Source: Hypanus sabinus (Eukaryota). From it: 64,000 nt of DNA. The notes under the pieces are model-generated. The model was not told where the DNA came from. It was given only the letters and a program-made list of their open reading frames with translations, and made no database searches. Shown here in pieces: positions 36,849-49,817 of this stretch. Position numbers and translations under genes: made by a program. Within the stretch, counting starts at the first letter, position 1. Every line of letters starts with the position of its first letter. The stretch spans positions 32,674,001 to 32,738,000 of the forward strand of contig NC_082728.1 of NCBI RefSeq assembly GCF_030144855.1. The letters run 5' to 3'.

Positions 36849-37570
36849 ATAAAGACCTGGTGAGACTGCATCAAGAATACAGTGTGCTGGTTTGTGTTTC
36901 CTGACCTCAGTAACGATAAGCTTGAGACTGAGTGTAGTGAAACGTTGACAGTTCAATTCCTAGGATTAAAGGGAGGAAGCACAAGATTAAGCAGACTGTG
37001 CCTTGTTAGTCTTATGTTTGGCACATTGCAACTTATGTTAGGTACATTGCAGCTTACTACAATGATTGCAAGATTGCACTGGAGCATCGTAACCCTGTTA
37101 CAAGCTGCTCTCTACAAATCAACTCATTATTTCTATTATAATTATTCTGCATTTTAAAATCTAATTTCTCTGTCTCTAAAAGTACCTGGACTGTATTTTC
37201 AATGCAACTGTTGCACATTTTTGTTTTTACCTTGTTCTAGCTCAATACTCTTTGTCATGATCTGATCTGTATGCAAGACAAGTCTTCACTGTATCTCAGT
37301 ACATGTGGCAACAATAGTCCAATTCCAATACTAGCTGGTACTCTGAATTTAAAGCTGTTCCTGTTCTGCATGGCTCCTCTAATTCATTAAAGTGACATCT
37401 TCATTCTGAACTGTTCATAGACATCTCTGTCCAATTAACAGTGCTCATACAGCTTCCTAAACATTGGTCATTCATTTCTAAGCTGCCCGTGCTGTTGTTC
37501 GTAATTCACACAATATCAAAGCAACCATATTAGCACGTTCGCTTCCTTCTACTAACCATCCCTCCTGCTT

Positions 37571-37835
37571 ACAACACACACAAAATGCTGGAGGAACTCA
37601 GCAGGCCAGGCAGCATCTATGGAAAAGAGTACTGTCAACGTTTCAGGCCAAAACCCTTCAGCAGGACTAGAGATGAGGAGTAGATTTAAAAGGAGATTTA
37701 AATTTACTCCTCGTTATTTTTTCTCCAGTCCTACTGAAAGGTCTTGGCCCGAAATGTCGCCAATTCCCTTTGCTGAGTCCCTCCAGCATTTTCTGTATGT
37801 TGCTTGGATTTCCAGCATCTTCAGATTGTCTCTTG
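37571..37835. repeat. Fold-back made of two inverted Penelope pLTR fragments
   Basis: Left arm 37571-37690 is complementary to right arm about 37700-37805. Each arm has a degenerate hammerhead core. Confidence 0.8.
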
Positions 37836-37949
37836 TAAACCATCTTAAAAGTTTCTTCCCCTCCCCTCCAGGCAGTTAATCTGATCGACCATTCCGGTTA
37901 GACACCACTCCCACCCCACTATCTAATACCTCAGTCACTTCACTGCACT

Positions 37950-38935
37950 GTAAACACTTTAAACCATCTTTTATTAACCAAGATATAAGTAGGCAAGTGT
38001 AAAGGAGAATTAAATAATTGTCACTTTGAATCTAATGCAGCACATCAAATAAAGAATATAATAATAAAGATAGCGCAATAAATGTAAATTTATAAGATAG
38101 CCTCTGTACATTGATTGTATCTACATAAGGAAGAGCATCTAACAGGATATGATAAAATAATGTTGTTCGGGCTGTGGGTAGGCAGATCAGTGGTTGGAGG
38201 TGATCATCAGCCTTACTGCTAAGAGAACGTAACTGCTTTTGAGTCTGGTCATCCTGGTGGGGATGCCATATAGCCTCCTCTCAGATGGAATGGGCCAGTC
38301 CATGAGCAGGATGGGTGGGATCTCTTATGATGTTACTGGCCATTTTCTGACACCTTTCTGTATATACATCCTTGATGGTGGGTAGGCTGGTGATGTATGG
38401 GCAGTATTGACTACCCGTTATAGGGCATTCCTGTCTGCCATAGTACAGTTTCCATACCATGCAGTTATGTGGTACATTAGGATGCTCTAAACTGTGCATT
38501 TGTAGAAGGACCTGAGTATTGATGTGCATAGTCCAGCTCTCCTCAACCACTTCAGAAGGTAGAGGTGATGGTGAGCTTTCCTGATTATATAGAATGTGTT
38601 CTGGGACCAAGAGATCTTGTGCGAGATCTGCGCTCCTGGGAATTTGAAACAGCTCACAGTTTCCACTGCTGTGCCACCAATGTATAAAGGGATGTGAGTG
38701 TTGTAAGTTCTCCTAAAGTCAATAACCATTTATCTTGTCTTGCTGAGATCGATGAAGAGGGTATTTTCCTGGCTCCAGGCCTCAAGTTCTTCTACTTCCT
38801 CTTTGTACACCAACTCATTGTTATTGGTGATGAGCTCCACTACTGTTATGTCATCTGTAAACTTGACAATGCGGTTACTCAGGCGTCTGACTGTGAAGTA
38901 CAGTGTGAATAGAGTGTAGAACAATAGGCTCAGCA
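37950..38935 (-). mobile_element. Rex1/Babar LINE 3' part
   Basis: ORFs 38730-38936 (VKFTDD...LEAWSQEN), 38487-38729 and 38281-38610. Confidence 0.85.
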
Positions 38936-39699
38936 CGCAGCCTTATTCTGAGCTAATTGTCTTGTTTTCTAGGTTTGCTATTTAAACAACTATTTGAAAT
39001 ACTATTTATTTTGTTAATATATGCTGGTATTTATATGTTTATATATATGTTATTACTTATCTGTACTTCTAACTCTTTTATCAAAGTTATATTAGTAGCT
39101 TTATTGAGGCAGCGAGAAGCATAGACAAAGTCCATAGGCAGAAGGCTGGCTTCCCTGATGCTGTCATTGCTGGAGGTAGAATGTAGTTTGTAAATAGTTG
39201 TAATGGTAATTGTACCATAGTTGTAATGGTAATAGTTCTTTACTACTACAGAACTAGATGATGTTTGTAGCTAGTGGATCAGTGCAGGACTCGTTGTTTG
39301 AGATAAGCAGATAGATGATCTGGAGGAAAGTATTGTTGGGCTGATTAGTAAATCTGTAAATGATGCAAAAGTTGTCAGAATTGTGGATAGTGAAGAAGGT
39401 TGTCAAAGAATTAAGGAAGATTTAGATCACATGGAAATGTGGGCAGAGGAATGACAGATAGAGTTCAATCTAGAGTTGTGAGGTGCTGTCCTTTGGACAT
39501 TCAACATAAAGAGGAAAGTTTACTGTAAGTGGTAGCACTAATGTACTGAGGGATCTGGGCATGCTTGTGCATAGCTTCCATCAGCAGAAAAACATGTACA
39601 TTTTGGAAACACAAAGGCGTAGGGTGGTAAAAGTTGCACACAAAATACTTACTTTATCGGTGAGGTGCTAAATATGGCAGTTAGGAAGTCACGATAAAG

Positions 39700-41994
39700 T
39701 TAGGACAAGTGATGAAAGTGCATATGGGGAACCCTTTGAGTCTAGTGATCATAACACCATTAGTTTTAACTTGGTCATGGATAAAGATAGTTCTGATCCT
39801 TGGGTTGAGGTACTAAACAGGAAAAAGGCCAAATCTAAAGAAATGAGAAAGGATCTAAAAAGTGTGCATTGGGACAGGTTGTTCTCTGGCAAGGATGTTG
39901 TTAGTAAGTGGGATGCCTTCAAAGGAGAAATTTTGAGAGTGCAGAGTTTGCAGAGTCTGTCAAGATTAAAGGCAAAGTGAATAAGAATAAGGAACCTTGG
40001 TTTTCAAGGGACAATGCAAATTTGATAAAGAAGGAGATGTATGACAGGTACAGGCAACAAGGAACAAATAAGGTGCTTGAGGAGCATAAAATGTGCAAAA
40101 AAATACTTCAGAAAGAAATCAGGAGGGCTAAAAAAAGACATGAGGTTGCTTTGGCTGTCAAGGTGAAGGATAATCCAAAGAGCTTCTACAGGTATGTTAA
40201 GAGCAAAAGGATAGTAAGGGATAAAATTAGTCATCTTGAAGATCAGGGCGGTCAGCTATGTATGGAACCAAAAGAAATGGGGGAGATTATAAATGGGGTT
40301 TTGCATCTGTATTTACTAATGAAACTGGCATGGAGTCTATGGAAATAAGGCAAACAAGTACTGAGGTCATGGATCCTATACAGATTAAAGAGGAGGAAGT
40401 GCGTGCTATCTTGAGGCAAATCAGAGTAGATAAATCCCCAGGACCTGACAGAGTTATTCCCTTGGACCTTGATGAAACTAGTGTTGAAATTGCAGGAGCC
40501 CTGGCAGATATATTTAAAATGCCGGTATCCATGGGTGAGGGGTCAGAGGATTGGAGGATAGCTCATGTTGTTCTCTTGCTTAAAAAGGCTCTAAAAGTAA
40601 TTTGGGAAATTATTGGCCAGTAAGTTTGATGTCAATAGTAGGTAAATTATTGGAGGGAGTACTAAGAGATAGGATCTACAATTATTTGGATAGACAGGGA
40701 CTTATTAGGGAGAGTCAACACGGCTTTGTGCATGGTAGGTCATGTTTAACAAATCTATTAGAGTTTTTCGAGGAGGTTACCAGGAAAGTGGATGAAGGGA
40801 AGGCAGTGGATGTTGTCTACATGGACTTCAGTAAGGCCTTTGGCAAGGTCCCGCTTGGGAGGTTAGTTAGGAAGATTCAGTCACTAGGTATACATGGTGA
40901 GGTAGTAAATTGGATTAGACATTGGCTCAATGGGAGAGGCCAGAGAGTGGTAGTGGAGGATTGCTTCTCTGAGTGGAGGCCTGTGACTAGTGGTGTGCCA
41001 CAGGGATCAGTGCTGGGACCATTATTATTTGTCATCTATATCAATTATCTGGATGATAATGTGGTAAATTGAATCAGCAAATTTGCCGATGATACAAAGA
41101 TTGGAGGTGTAGTGGACAGTGAGGAAGGTTTTCAAAGCTTGCAGAGGGATTTGGACCAGCTGGAAAAATGAGCTGAAAAATAGCAGATGGAGTTTAATGC
41201 AGATAAAAGTGAGACATTGCACTTTGGAAGGAAAAAACAAGTTAGAACATACAAGGTAAATGGTAGGACACTGAGGAGTGCAGTAGAACAGAGGGATCTG
41301 GGAATACAGATATATAATTCCCTAGAAGTGGCATCACAGGTAGATAGGGTCGTAAAGAGAGATTTTGGCATATTGGCCTTTATAAATCAAAGTATTGAGT
41401 ATAAGAGTTGGAATGTTCTGGTGAGGTGGTATAAGACATTGATGAGGCCAACTTTGGAGTATTGTATGCAGTCTTGGTCACCTAATTACAGGAAGGATAT
41501 TAATAAGTTTAATAGAGTGCAGAGAAGGTTTACAAGGTTTATGCTGGAACTTGAGAAACTGAGTTACAGAAAAGGTTGAATAGGTTAGGACTTTATTCCC
41601 TGGAGCGTAGAAGAATGAGGGGAGATTTGATAGAGGTGTATAAAATTATGATGGGTGTAGATAGAGTGAATGCAAGTAGGCTTTTTCCACTGAGGCTAGA
41701 GGAGAAAAAAAACAGAGGACATGGGTTAATGGTGAAGTTTAAAGGGAACATTAGGGGGAGCTTCTTCACACAGAGAGTGGTGGGAGTGTGGAATGAACTG
41801 CCAGATAAAATGGTAAATGTGGGCTCACTTTTAACATTTAAGAGAAACTTGGACAGGTATATGGTGAGAGGGGTATGGAGGGATATGGCCCAGGTGCAGG
41901 TCAGTGGGACTAGGCAGAAAAATGGTTCGGCACAGCCAAGAAGGGCCAAAAGGCCTGTTTCTGTGCTGTAATGTTCTATGGTTCTATGGTTCTA
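39700..41994 (+). mobile_element. CR1 LINE, 5'-truncated, same subfamily as 26922-30255
   Basis: DHNTISFNL...DNPKSFYRYV...YMDFSKAF...[10 protein letters not shown]...KFADD; (TTCTATGG)n tail at 41974-41994. An older CR1 scrap lies at about 39260-39700. Confidence 0.92.
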
Positions 41995-42525
41995 AGTCTA
42001 GCCGTTCAAAAGCAAGGCCTGTGTCCAAATCAAGTGGAAAAATCTAAAAATTATCTAAAAATTTGTCTTTTTCACTCAAAAAAAAAGCTTCCATTATGGT
42101 CTATTTAATTTTGCTCTTCAAATATACTTCTTGGATCTAACCCTTTGACCTGTTGACCAATGTGTTTCATCTGGACAACAATTGTGCAGCAACTAATATA
42201 CCTGTTTGCTGTGTGGTTGGAACAGAAATGTGAGTGTGGCTCAGGTAAAGTATAAAATCTGCAAACCACAACACAGTTCAGAAGAACAGTTCAGTCACAG
42301 CATGACAGAAGCCTAAAAATACATTGAATCATAGAGTTCTTATGCCGCACGTGGCTTGTAATTTATCCCATTGAAGTAAATGCCTGGTGACCCTGTTTCA
42401 GTGCAGGAAAAAATTAACAAGAAGAAAATAGAAGTATTTAACGATAGTATGTAAACAACAAAATGGTTCAATCTTCATGAAGCATATAAATGATAATCTA
42501 TGTTACGTCTTTTACAAATCAATAT

Positions 42526-42837
42526 TGTGTGTGTGGCATCTGTCGGTCTCGAGAGACCATGGATCTGTGCCTGGAGTTTCCAGGGCGCAGGCCTGGGCAG
42601 GGTTGTACGGGAGACCGGCAGTTGCCCAAGCTGCAGGCCTTCCCCTCTCCACACCACCGATGTTGTCCAAGAGAAGGGCACTAGGACCCATGCAGCTTGG
42701 CACCGGTGTCATCGCAGAGCAATGTGTGGTTAAGTGCCTTGCTCAAGGACACAAACACGCTGCCTCAGCTGAGGCTCAAACCAGTGACCTTCAGGTTACT
42801 AGTCTGATGCCTTGCCCACTAGGCCACACGCCAACAT
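42526..42837 (-). mobile_element. tRNA-derived SINE with V-type core and LINE-derived (RTE-like) 3' end
   Basis: On the minus strand: A box TGGCCTAGTGG, B box GGTTTGAGCC, core GTGTCCTTGAGCAAGGCACTTAACC and a (CA)n tail. 10-bp TSD AAATCAATAT at 42516-42525 and 42838-42847. Confidence 0.85.
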
Positions 42838-43344
42838 AAATCAATATAAAAACCAAAATAAATCAGGCTGATTGGAAAAGGGGATAATGTTAACTACTAA
42901 AGGCTGACGATAAAGTAACATGATAAGATTGTGAAGTGCACAGAATAGAATTATTTTCACAAATGACAGCTTTAAAAGTACTGAGGTTTATCAAAAGTTT
43001 TGCAGAGAATAAGCACAGCTTCTTCAAATATCTTTTATTATTTGTTATTCGGTCATAAACCCCAACCTTGTTCAGACTATTGATGGCTGGTTCTCTATCT
43101 ATTTTCTGGTAATAATGATGACAGATATGAAAAGCCATGGTGTAAGTGCGCATGAGAAAGAACCATAACATTTTGGTTACAAAAGACGAGCTGTCTGAAA
43201 AATCCCCCAGCATGACTGTCATGTTAAAGGTCACCGAATGATTCATGATGGTAAAATCAGTGTGGAGTACTTAGTTAAACTGCTGTAATCTACATTTCAG
43301 TATTAGTACTAAGATCTCTATACTCAAAAGGACCACCATCAGGA

Positions 43345-44545
43345 CATAAACACAAGAAAGTTTGCAGATGCTGGAAATCCAAAGGAACTCAGCAGGTTAG
43401 GTAGCATTTATGGAAATGAATAAACAGTCAACATTTAGGGCCAACATCCTTCTTCTGGACTGGAAAGGAAGGGGGAAGACACCAGAATAAGAAGGTAAGG
43501 AGAGGGGAAAGAGGATAGCTAGAAAGTACTAGGGGAAGCTAGGTGGTTAGGAAAGAGAAAGGGCTGGAGAGGAAGATAGGAGAGGAGAATGGACCATAAG
43601 AGAAAAGGAAGGAAGAGGGGTTCCAGTGGGAGGTAATCAGCAGGTGAGATGAGGTAAGAGGCTACAGTGGGGAACAGAAGAAGAGGTTCATTTACTGGAA
43701 GGAGAAATTGATATTAATACCATCATGTTGGAGGCTACCCAGACAGAATACAAGGTGTTGCTCAACCACCCTGAAGATGGCCTCTTCTTGGCACAAGGGG
43801 AGGCCTTAGAACAACATGTCAGAAAGAGAATGGGCATTAGAATAAAAATGTTTGGCCACTGGAAAGGTCCACTTGTGGTGAGTGGAACAGAGTTGTTTGA
43901 TGAAGTGGTCCCCTAATTTTCAATGGGTTTCACCAAAGGAGGCCACATTGGGAGCAATGAACACAATAAACAGCCTTAAGAGATGAGTGTTGCCTCACCT
44001 GGGAGGACTGAATGGAGGTGAGGGAGGAGATGAATGGGCAATGTAGCACTTAGGCTGCTTGTAGGAGTAAGTATCAGGAGGGAGAGTACTGAGGTGGGAT
44101 AAATGCACAATCCTGGTGCAAGGTGGAGGTGGGGTCAAGATATGTTTGGTGGTAGGATCCCTTTGGAGATGGCGGAAGTTGTGAAGGATGATGTGTTGGA
44201 TGTGGAGGCTCATGGGGTGGTAGGGAAGGACAAGAGGGACTGTATCATTGTTAAGGCAGCGGGAAGATGGGTTGAGCGCATATGTTCAGGAAATGGAGGA
44301 GATGATGGTGAGGGCAGCATCAATGGTTGAGGAAAGGGAAGCCCTGTTCTTTGAAGAAGGAGGACATCTCTGATGTCCTGGAATGGAAAGCTGCATCCTG
44401 GGAACAGATGAATCCTGAGAAGGAATTGAGAAAGTGAATAACATTTTTACAGGAGACAGGGAGGTAAGAGCTATAGTGTAGATAACTTGGGAATTAGCAA
44501 GTTTAAAAATGATGTCTGTCAACAGATTGTGTTCAGAGATGGAGA
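43345..44545 (-). mobile_element. Penelope-like element fragment (RT C-terminus, GIY-YIG, pLTR)
   Basis: TDIIFKL..S..Y (44286-44522), IILHNFRHLQRDPTTKHI (43995-44213), a GIY-YIG C-terminal region, and a pLTR at 43345-43700. Confidence 0.8.
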
Positions 44546-44751
44546 CAGATTGAGAAAGTGCTGCTGCTATTCATGAGGTGAATTCTGGATTATAAATGAA
44601 CATTTACAAGAGGCACAGAGTGAATTAAAGACAATTTTTCCATAGAAGGTGTGGGAATTAAACACAGATGGGACAGGTTAGGTCCCATCTTTCTGGGACT
44701 ACCCTTCCCCCCATGCAGGCACAAATTCAGAAAAGAATTGTTTCTGGTATA

Positions 44752-45030
44752 CACTCAATGGCCACTTCATTAGGTAAACCTGTACACCTGTTTGTTACTG
44801 CAGGTATCAAATCAGCCAATCATGTGGCAGCAACTCAATGGACAAAAAAAATAGACATGGTCAAGAGGTTCAGTTGTTTTTCAGACCAAACGTTGGAATG
44901 GGGAAGAAATATGAACTTTGATTATGGAATGATTGGTGATACCAGACAAACTAGTTTGGGTATCTCAGCAACTGCAGCATAAGACCATGCTGAATTCCTC
45001 TCCTTTACCCAATAAAGTGGCCACTGAGAG
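44752..45030. mobile_element. Internally deleted Tc1/mariner element
   Basis: TIRs (TA)CACTCAATGGCCACTTCATT / AATAAAGTGGCCACTGAGAG; non-coding remnant interior. Confidence 0.75.
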
Positions 45031-45501
45031 TCTATTTTGAGAATGTTGTGTAAAAATAGACATTGAGAAAACACTTCAAAAGTGGGGCAAACAGTAAATA
45101 ACTATTTCAAAAATATTAAAAATTCAAACAGATTTTTAAAAATTACAATTTAAAATAAACTTAAAGGACAAATATTATTTTTAAAGGTGAAGCATATATA
45201 TAAATACTAACAAAAGTACATAGAAGGTTTTTGCTGAGGCATTAAAGATGGTGTATGTTAGTTAAAAAGAAGTACAAATTATAATGTGCTGTATAGTAAC
45301 ACTGTAATCGAGGTGTCATTTAGTGGTTGGTTTCAATGTCACATTGAAATATCACACGATGTTATTTCCTGAATATGTTTTTTATTCTATTACTGTGTAA
45401 GTTTCTCTGACTCAAAACATCTCAGAAAGATAATTGAGACTTTGTTTCAAAATTCAGATATATACCAAGGTAGTTTTCTATAACATAAAATATTGCCTAT
45501 T

Positions 45502-45701
45502 CAAAATGTTGGAGGAACTTAGTAGGTCAGACAGCATCTACGTAAAGAAGTACAGTCGAAGTTTTGGGCAGAGAACCTTCAGCAGGATTCAGCCTAAAAC
45601 GTCGACTGTACTCTTTTCCATAGATGCTGCCTTGCCTGCTGAGTTCCTCCAGTATTTTGTGTGTGTTGTTCGGATTTCCAACATTTGTACATTTTTTTTG
45701 T
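45502..45701. mobile_element. 200-bp Penelope-derived fold-back element
   Basis: Near-palindrome 45502-45659. 14-bp TSD AAATATTGCCTATT at 45488-45501 and 45702-45715. Confidence 0.85.
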
Positions 45702-45827
45702 AAATATTGCCTATTGCCTTATAAATTAAGACTCATGTGAATTGAATTTAAGTGAATTTCAAGGTTTTGGTTTGATCTCCTGCTACAGGGAGAGAGATAG
45801 AAAGAATGAAAAAGAATGATAGATAGC

Positions 45828-46315
45828 GAGCAACACACACAAAATGCTGGAGGAACTCAGCAGGCAGAGAGCAACTATGGAAAAGAGTATAGTCGAATTT
45901 TCGGGCCAAAACCCTTTGGCAGGACTGGAGAAAAAAGCTGGAATAGATTTGAAAGATGGGGGGAGGAGAGAGAGAAACACCAGGTGATAGGTGAAACTTG
46001 GAGGGAGAGGGATGAAGCAAAGAGCTAGGAAGTTAATTGATGAAAGAGACAGAAGGCCATGGAAGAAAGGGTGGGGGTGGGGGGAAGAGCACCTGCGGGA
46101 GGCAATGGATGGGCAAGGAGATAACATGAGAGAGGGACAATGTGATGGGAAATGGTGAAGGGGAGGGGGTGGAGGCATTACTGGATGTTTGAGAAATCGA
46201 TGGTCATGCATCAGGTCGGAGGCTATCCAAACAGAATATAAGGTGTTGTTCCTCCAACCTAAGTGTGGCCTTATCCCAACAGTGGATGAGACCATGGAGG
46301 GACATATCAGAATAG
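45828..46315 (-). mobile_element. Penelope-like 3' fragment
   Basis: WDKATLRLEEQHLIFCLDSLRPD on the minus strand, then a pLTR with a degenerate hammerhead at about 45890-45930. Confidence 0.8.
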
Positions 46316-47299
46316 GAAGTGGATGGTAGATAGTGAGATACATTTGAATGGTAACCTCTGTGTGATACCAAAAGTCAATTTCAGTTCTAAAATTATTATA
46401 AACCCTCAATTGCTCCTATGCTTGTAGTTATACAATTGGTTTTATTTCATTAGTAATATTAATCATTGGTGTTCCTTGAAGATTTGAAAATAATCTCATG
46501 ATTTTAGGAAAATCTAAATTAGTCAGAATTAGGATGGTACTTTTCATATCAGACAGCAAGGCAGGCTCCTGAAAGGTTTGATACAAGATGTGAAAAGGTC
46601 ATGAGTAAAATCTAAATCAGTGTCAAGCTACCATGACATTACGCTGGAATTTGAATTTAGAAACAGGATTTGTAATAGTTAATTTTTATGTCTTGGTTAA
46701 TCAATAGGATAGCTAAAACATTGTATTTCTAATTATCACTAAAGAGGGTGTAGTGAGAGTTGAATAAACTGCACTTGCACTTAGTTATGTTTTCTGACAT
46801 CTATTTCTCTGACAGTGTGAAAGATTGTTTTTAGTTGTTGCTTGATTTATTTTAACTCCTGTTACAATTGAGATAGTAAATAAATACAAAATCTGGTTTT
46901 GTTATTTTGTTGGTGTAACTTTAAAGCCCACAGTGTAGATTAGTGTGGGATTGATTAGCCATGTTGAACATCATCAATGCAGCTGGCCTTGGGCAAGGAG
47001 CAGTAAATCCTGCTCCCAGTGCAAAGCAAATTCCCTACACTCACTCTGATAGATGATACAATCCAAACATAGAGGAAGACTTTATTAGTAAGTAGTTGTA
47101 TTATGGCTCAATGTGGACATTGCATTTGCCAAGAGGATCTAACTCTCTGATCAATGGGATGTTCCTGGTCACACACACGCTGATGGACATCAAGTCCTGT
47201 TGGAAGATAATCATCTTGATGAAAAATGCCCTTTAGTCTGCCCATTACGTTGGTCTGCCAGCACAGAGAGATGTTTGTAGTCAGAATGCTGCCAACTGG

Positions 47300-47830
47300 C
47301 ATATTCTAGGCTGTAGGGGAACGTGCAGATGGATGCACTGAAGCTTTGTGCAGCCACTGAAATGCTGACATCAAGGAACCTGAAGATACTGATTCTCTTC
47401 ATTTCTGATTCCTGTATGAGGATGTGTTCATATTCCCTCATCTTACACTTCCTGAAGTCCACAATCAGCTCTTTGGTATTACTGTCGTTGAGTGCGATGT
47501 TGTTGTTGTGACACCACTCAAGTAGCTGGTATATCTCGCTCCTCTCATCTCCACCTGAGATTTTACCAAATTGGTCGTATCATCAGCAAATTTATAGATG
47601 GTATTTGAGCTATACCTAGCCACATAGTCATGGGTATAGAGGGAGTAGAGCAGTGGGCTAAGCACCCTGAGGTCTCCAGTGTTGATTGTCAACAATTCGC
47701 ACAGATTGTGGTCTTCTGGTTAGGAAGTTGAAGATCCAATTGCACAGGGAGATACAAAGGCCCAGGTTCTGTAACTTATCAATCAGGACAGTGGGAGCAA
47801 AGGTGTTAAACGCTGAGCTATAGTCAATGA
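47300..47830 (-). mobile_element. Rex1/Babar RT fragment
   Basis: [28 protein letters not shown] (47465-47695). Confidence 0.85.
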
Positions 47831-48039
47831 ACGGGAACCTGGCATAGGGACTGGCAGAGTTCCTCCAGCATTTTGTGTCTGTTGCTCAATCACTTTGAAA
47901 GTGGAGATGTAGCATCAGTGACTTGTAGGAGTACATATTAGTTTGATGACACACTGAATGTAATGGTTGTATTATCTTTATCGTATGTTTCTTAGATAAA
48001 ATTTAGATATGAAAATTTAAAGACATCTTGTAAATCTCA

Positions 48040-48380
48040 CCTTATCTCCTTGCCAGCCAAACACCCTCCTCTGGTGCTCCTTACCTCTTCCATGGCCTTC
48101 TGACCTCACCTATTAGATTCCCCCTTCTCCAGCCCTGTATCTCTTTCACCAATCAACTTTCCAACTCGTTACTTCACCTTTCCCCTGCTGGTCTCGCCTA
48201 TCCCTTCCCCCCACCTTTTAAATCTACTTGTCATCTTTTTTTCTCCTGTCCTGCTGAAGTGTGTCAGCCCAAAACATCAACCATACTATTTTCCACAGAT
48301 GCTGCCTGGCTTGCTGAGTTCCTCCAGCATTGTGTGTGTGCTGCTTGGATTTCCAGCATCTGCAGATTTTCTCTTCTTTG
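48040..48380 (+). mobile_element. Penelope pLTR fragment
   Basis: Same pyrimidine-rich pLTR and GATGCTGCCTGG...CCAGC repeat as at 31.5-31.9 kb. Confidence 0.75.
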
Positions 48381-48989
48381 TGATTTAACCACCATAGTAA
48401 TGTAGTTTCCCCTGGCAGGGGAACACATTCTAGGACTGTCCTTGGATTTTCCAAGAATGTTTGCTTTACCACAATGGTTGTCTGGAAGTTTTTTTCTCTG
48501 CGTTTCCAGGCCAAGGTTCCTCCAGCATTTTGTAAATGTTACATCGGTACATTGGGTCAGTGCTTAAGATACCGTGTTTAATACTATCCAGCATTTAAAG
48601 GTCACTGATCCAGATATGAGCCTAAATCCTACCATGACATTGGGAAATCTAATTTAAAGTAAAAATACCTGTTTTTGTTTTAGTAAGCCAGACTCAGAAA
48701 TGATAAGTATGGTACTACTTAATTGTTGGAGACATCCATCTGGTTCATAACTTTTTGTTAGGGATGGGGAACTATTAACCTTAACTAGTTTAACATTTGG
48801 TTCCACACTTAACTCCTCAGCTCAGAGGCAATTAGGAATAGGCACATTGCCAGCAACATCCATATTCCATCACTGAATAAGTAAAACAAAAAGTCATTGG
48901 CACATTGGAGTTGTTATTTTCATTCTCTGTTCTTTCTATCCCAATTTAAAGATCCTTCTGTTAAGGACAGAGGGGGTTGAGACATAGGG

Positions 48990-49345
48990 TCTTAGAAAAG
49001 TACAGCACAGAAACAGGCACTTCAGCCCATCTAGTCCATGCTGAACCATTTAAACTGCTTACTCGCGTTGATGTGCACTGGGACCATAGTCCTCCATACC
49101 CCAGCCATCCATGTACCATTCCAAACTTCTCTAAAAAGTTGAAATCAAGCTTACATGTGCCACTTGTGCTGGCAGCTCTGTCCACACTCTGACAACACTC
49201 TTAGTGAAGTTTTCCTCATGTTGCCCTTAAACTTTTCACCTTTCACCTTTAACCCATGACCTCTGGTTGTAATCTTACCCAACCTCAGTGGAAAAAGCCT
49301 GCTTGCATTTAACCTATCTCTACACCTCATAATTTTGTATATCTC
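48990..49345 (-). mobile_element. CR1 3' fragment
   Basis: RGNLIEIYKIM...RLNASRLFPLRLG...RGHGLKVKGEKF (49151-49363). Confidence 0.85.
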
Positions 49346-49520
49346 TATCAAATTTCCTCTCAAGAAGGTAATTGAAAAGCAAGTGCTACTTAAACAAGGT
49401 TTTCACATCTTTGTATGACATTGATCAATGGCTGACAGAGTTCCAAGTTTCCTCTTCAGCCCATAAAACAGCTTATAGGCACTCATGAACAATGACGATG
49501 GAAAGAAGAGGAGAATATTT

Positions 49521-49526
49521 TTTATT
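49521..49526 (-). terminator. Probable poly(A) signal of the CD7-like gene
   Basis: First AATAAA on the minus strand after the stop codon, about 290 nt downstream. A TGTATATA Pumilio-type motif lies just upstream at 49542-49549. Confidence 0.5.
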
Positions 49527-49817
49527 ATGAAAAAGTAAAAATATATACACAATACATTTATATTGTACTGGAACAGAATGCTATTTATATAGTATTTTTA
49601 CATTAGACATACATATTCACTATCATCATCATAAGTACTACCTTCTACAAATCAACCAATATTTACTCAGACAAATACTTACATTGTCAAATAATATTGT
49701 ATAAAAAGAAGTCTGGAGACTCTCAGAGATTTCGGTAAGCCTTGCTTTACAGTGATGATGCATTTAGACGCTCGCAGAAAAACTGAATCAAATGTTCAAA
49801 GCCCATTGTAGCTGAAA

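Noticed and set aside
42890-43246. 118-aa minus-strand ORF in unique AT-rich DNA
   Set aside because: No recognisable motif or partner exons. One ORF of this length is plausible by chance in 64 kb.
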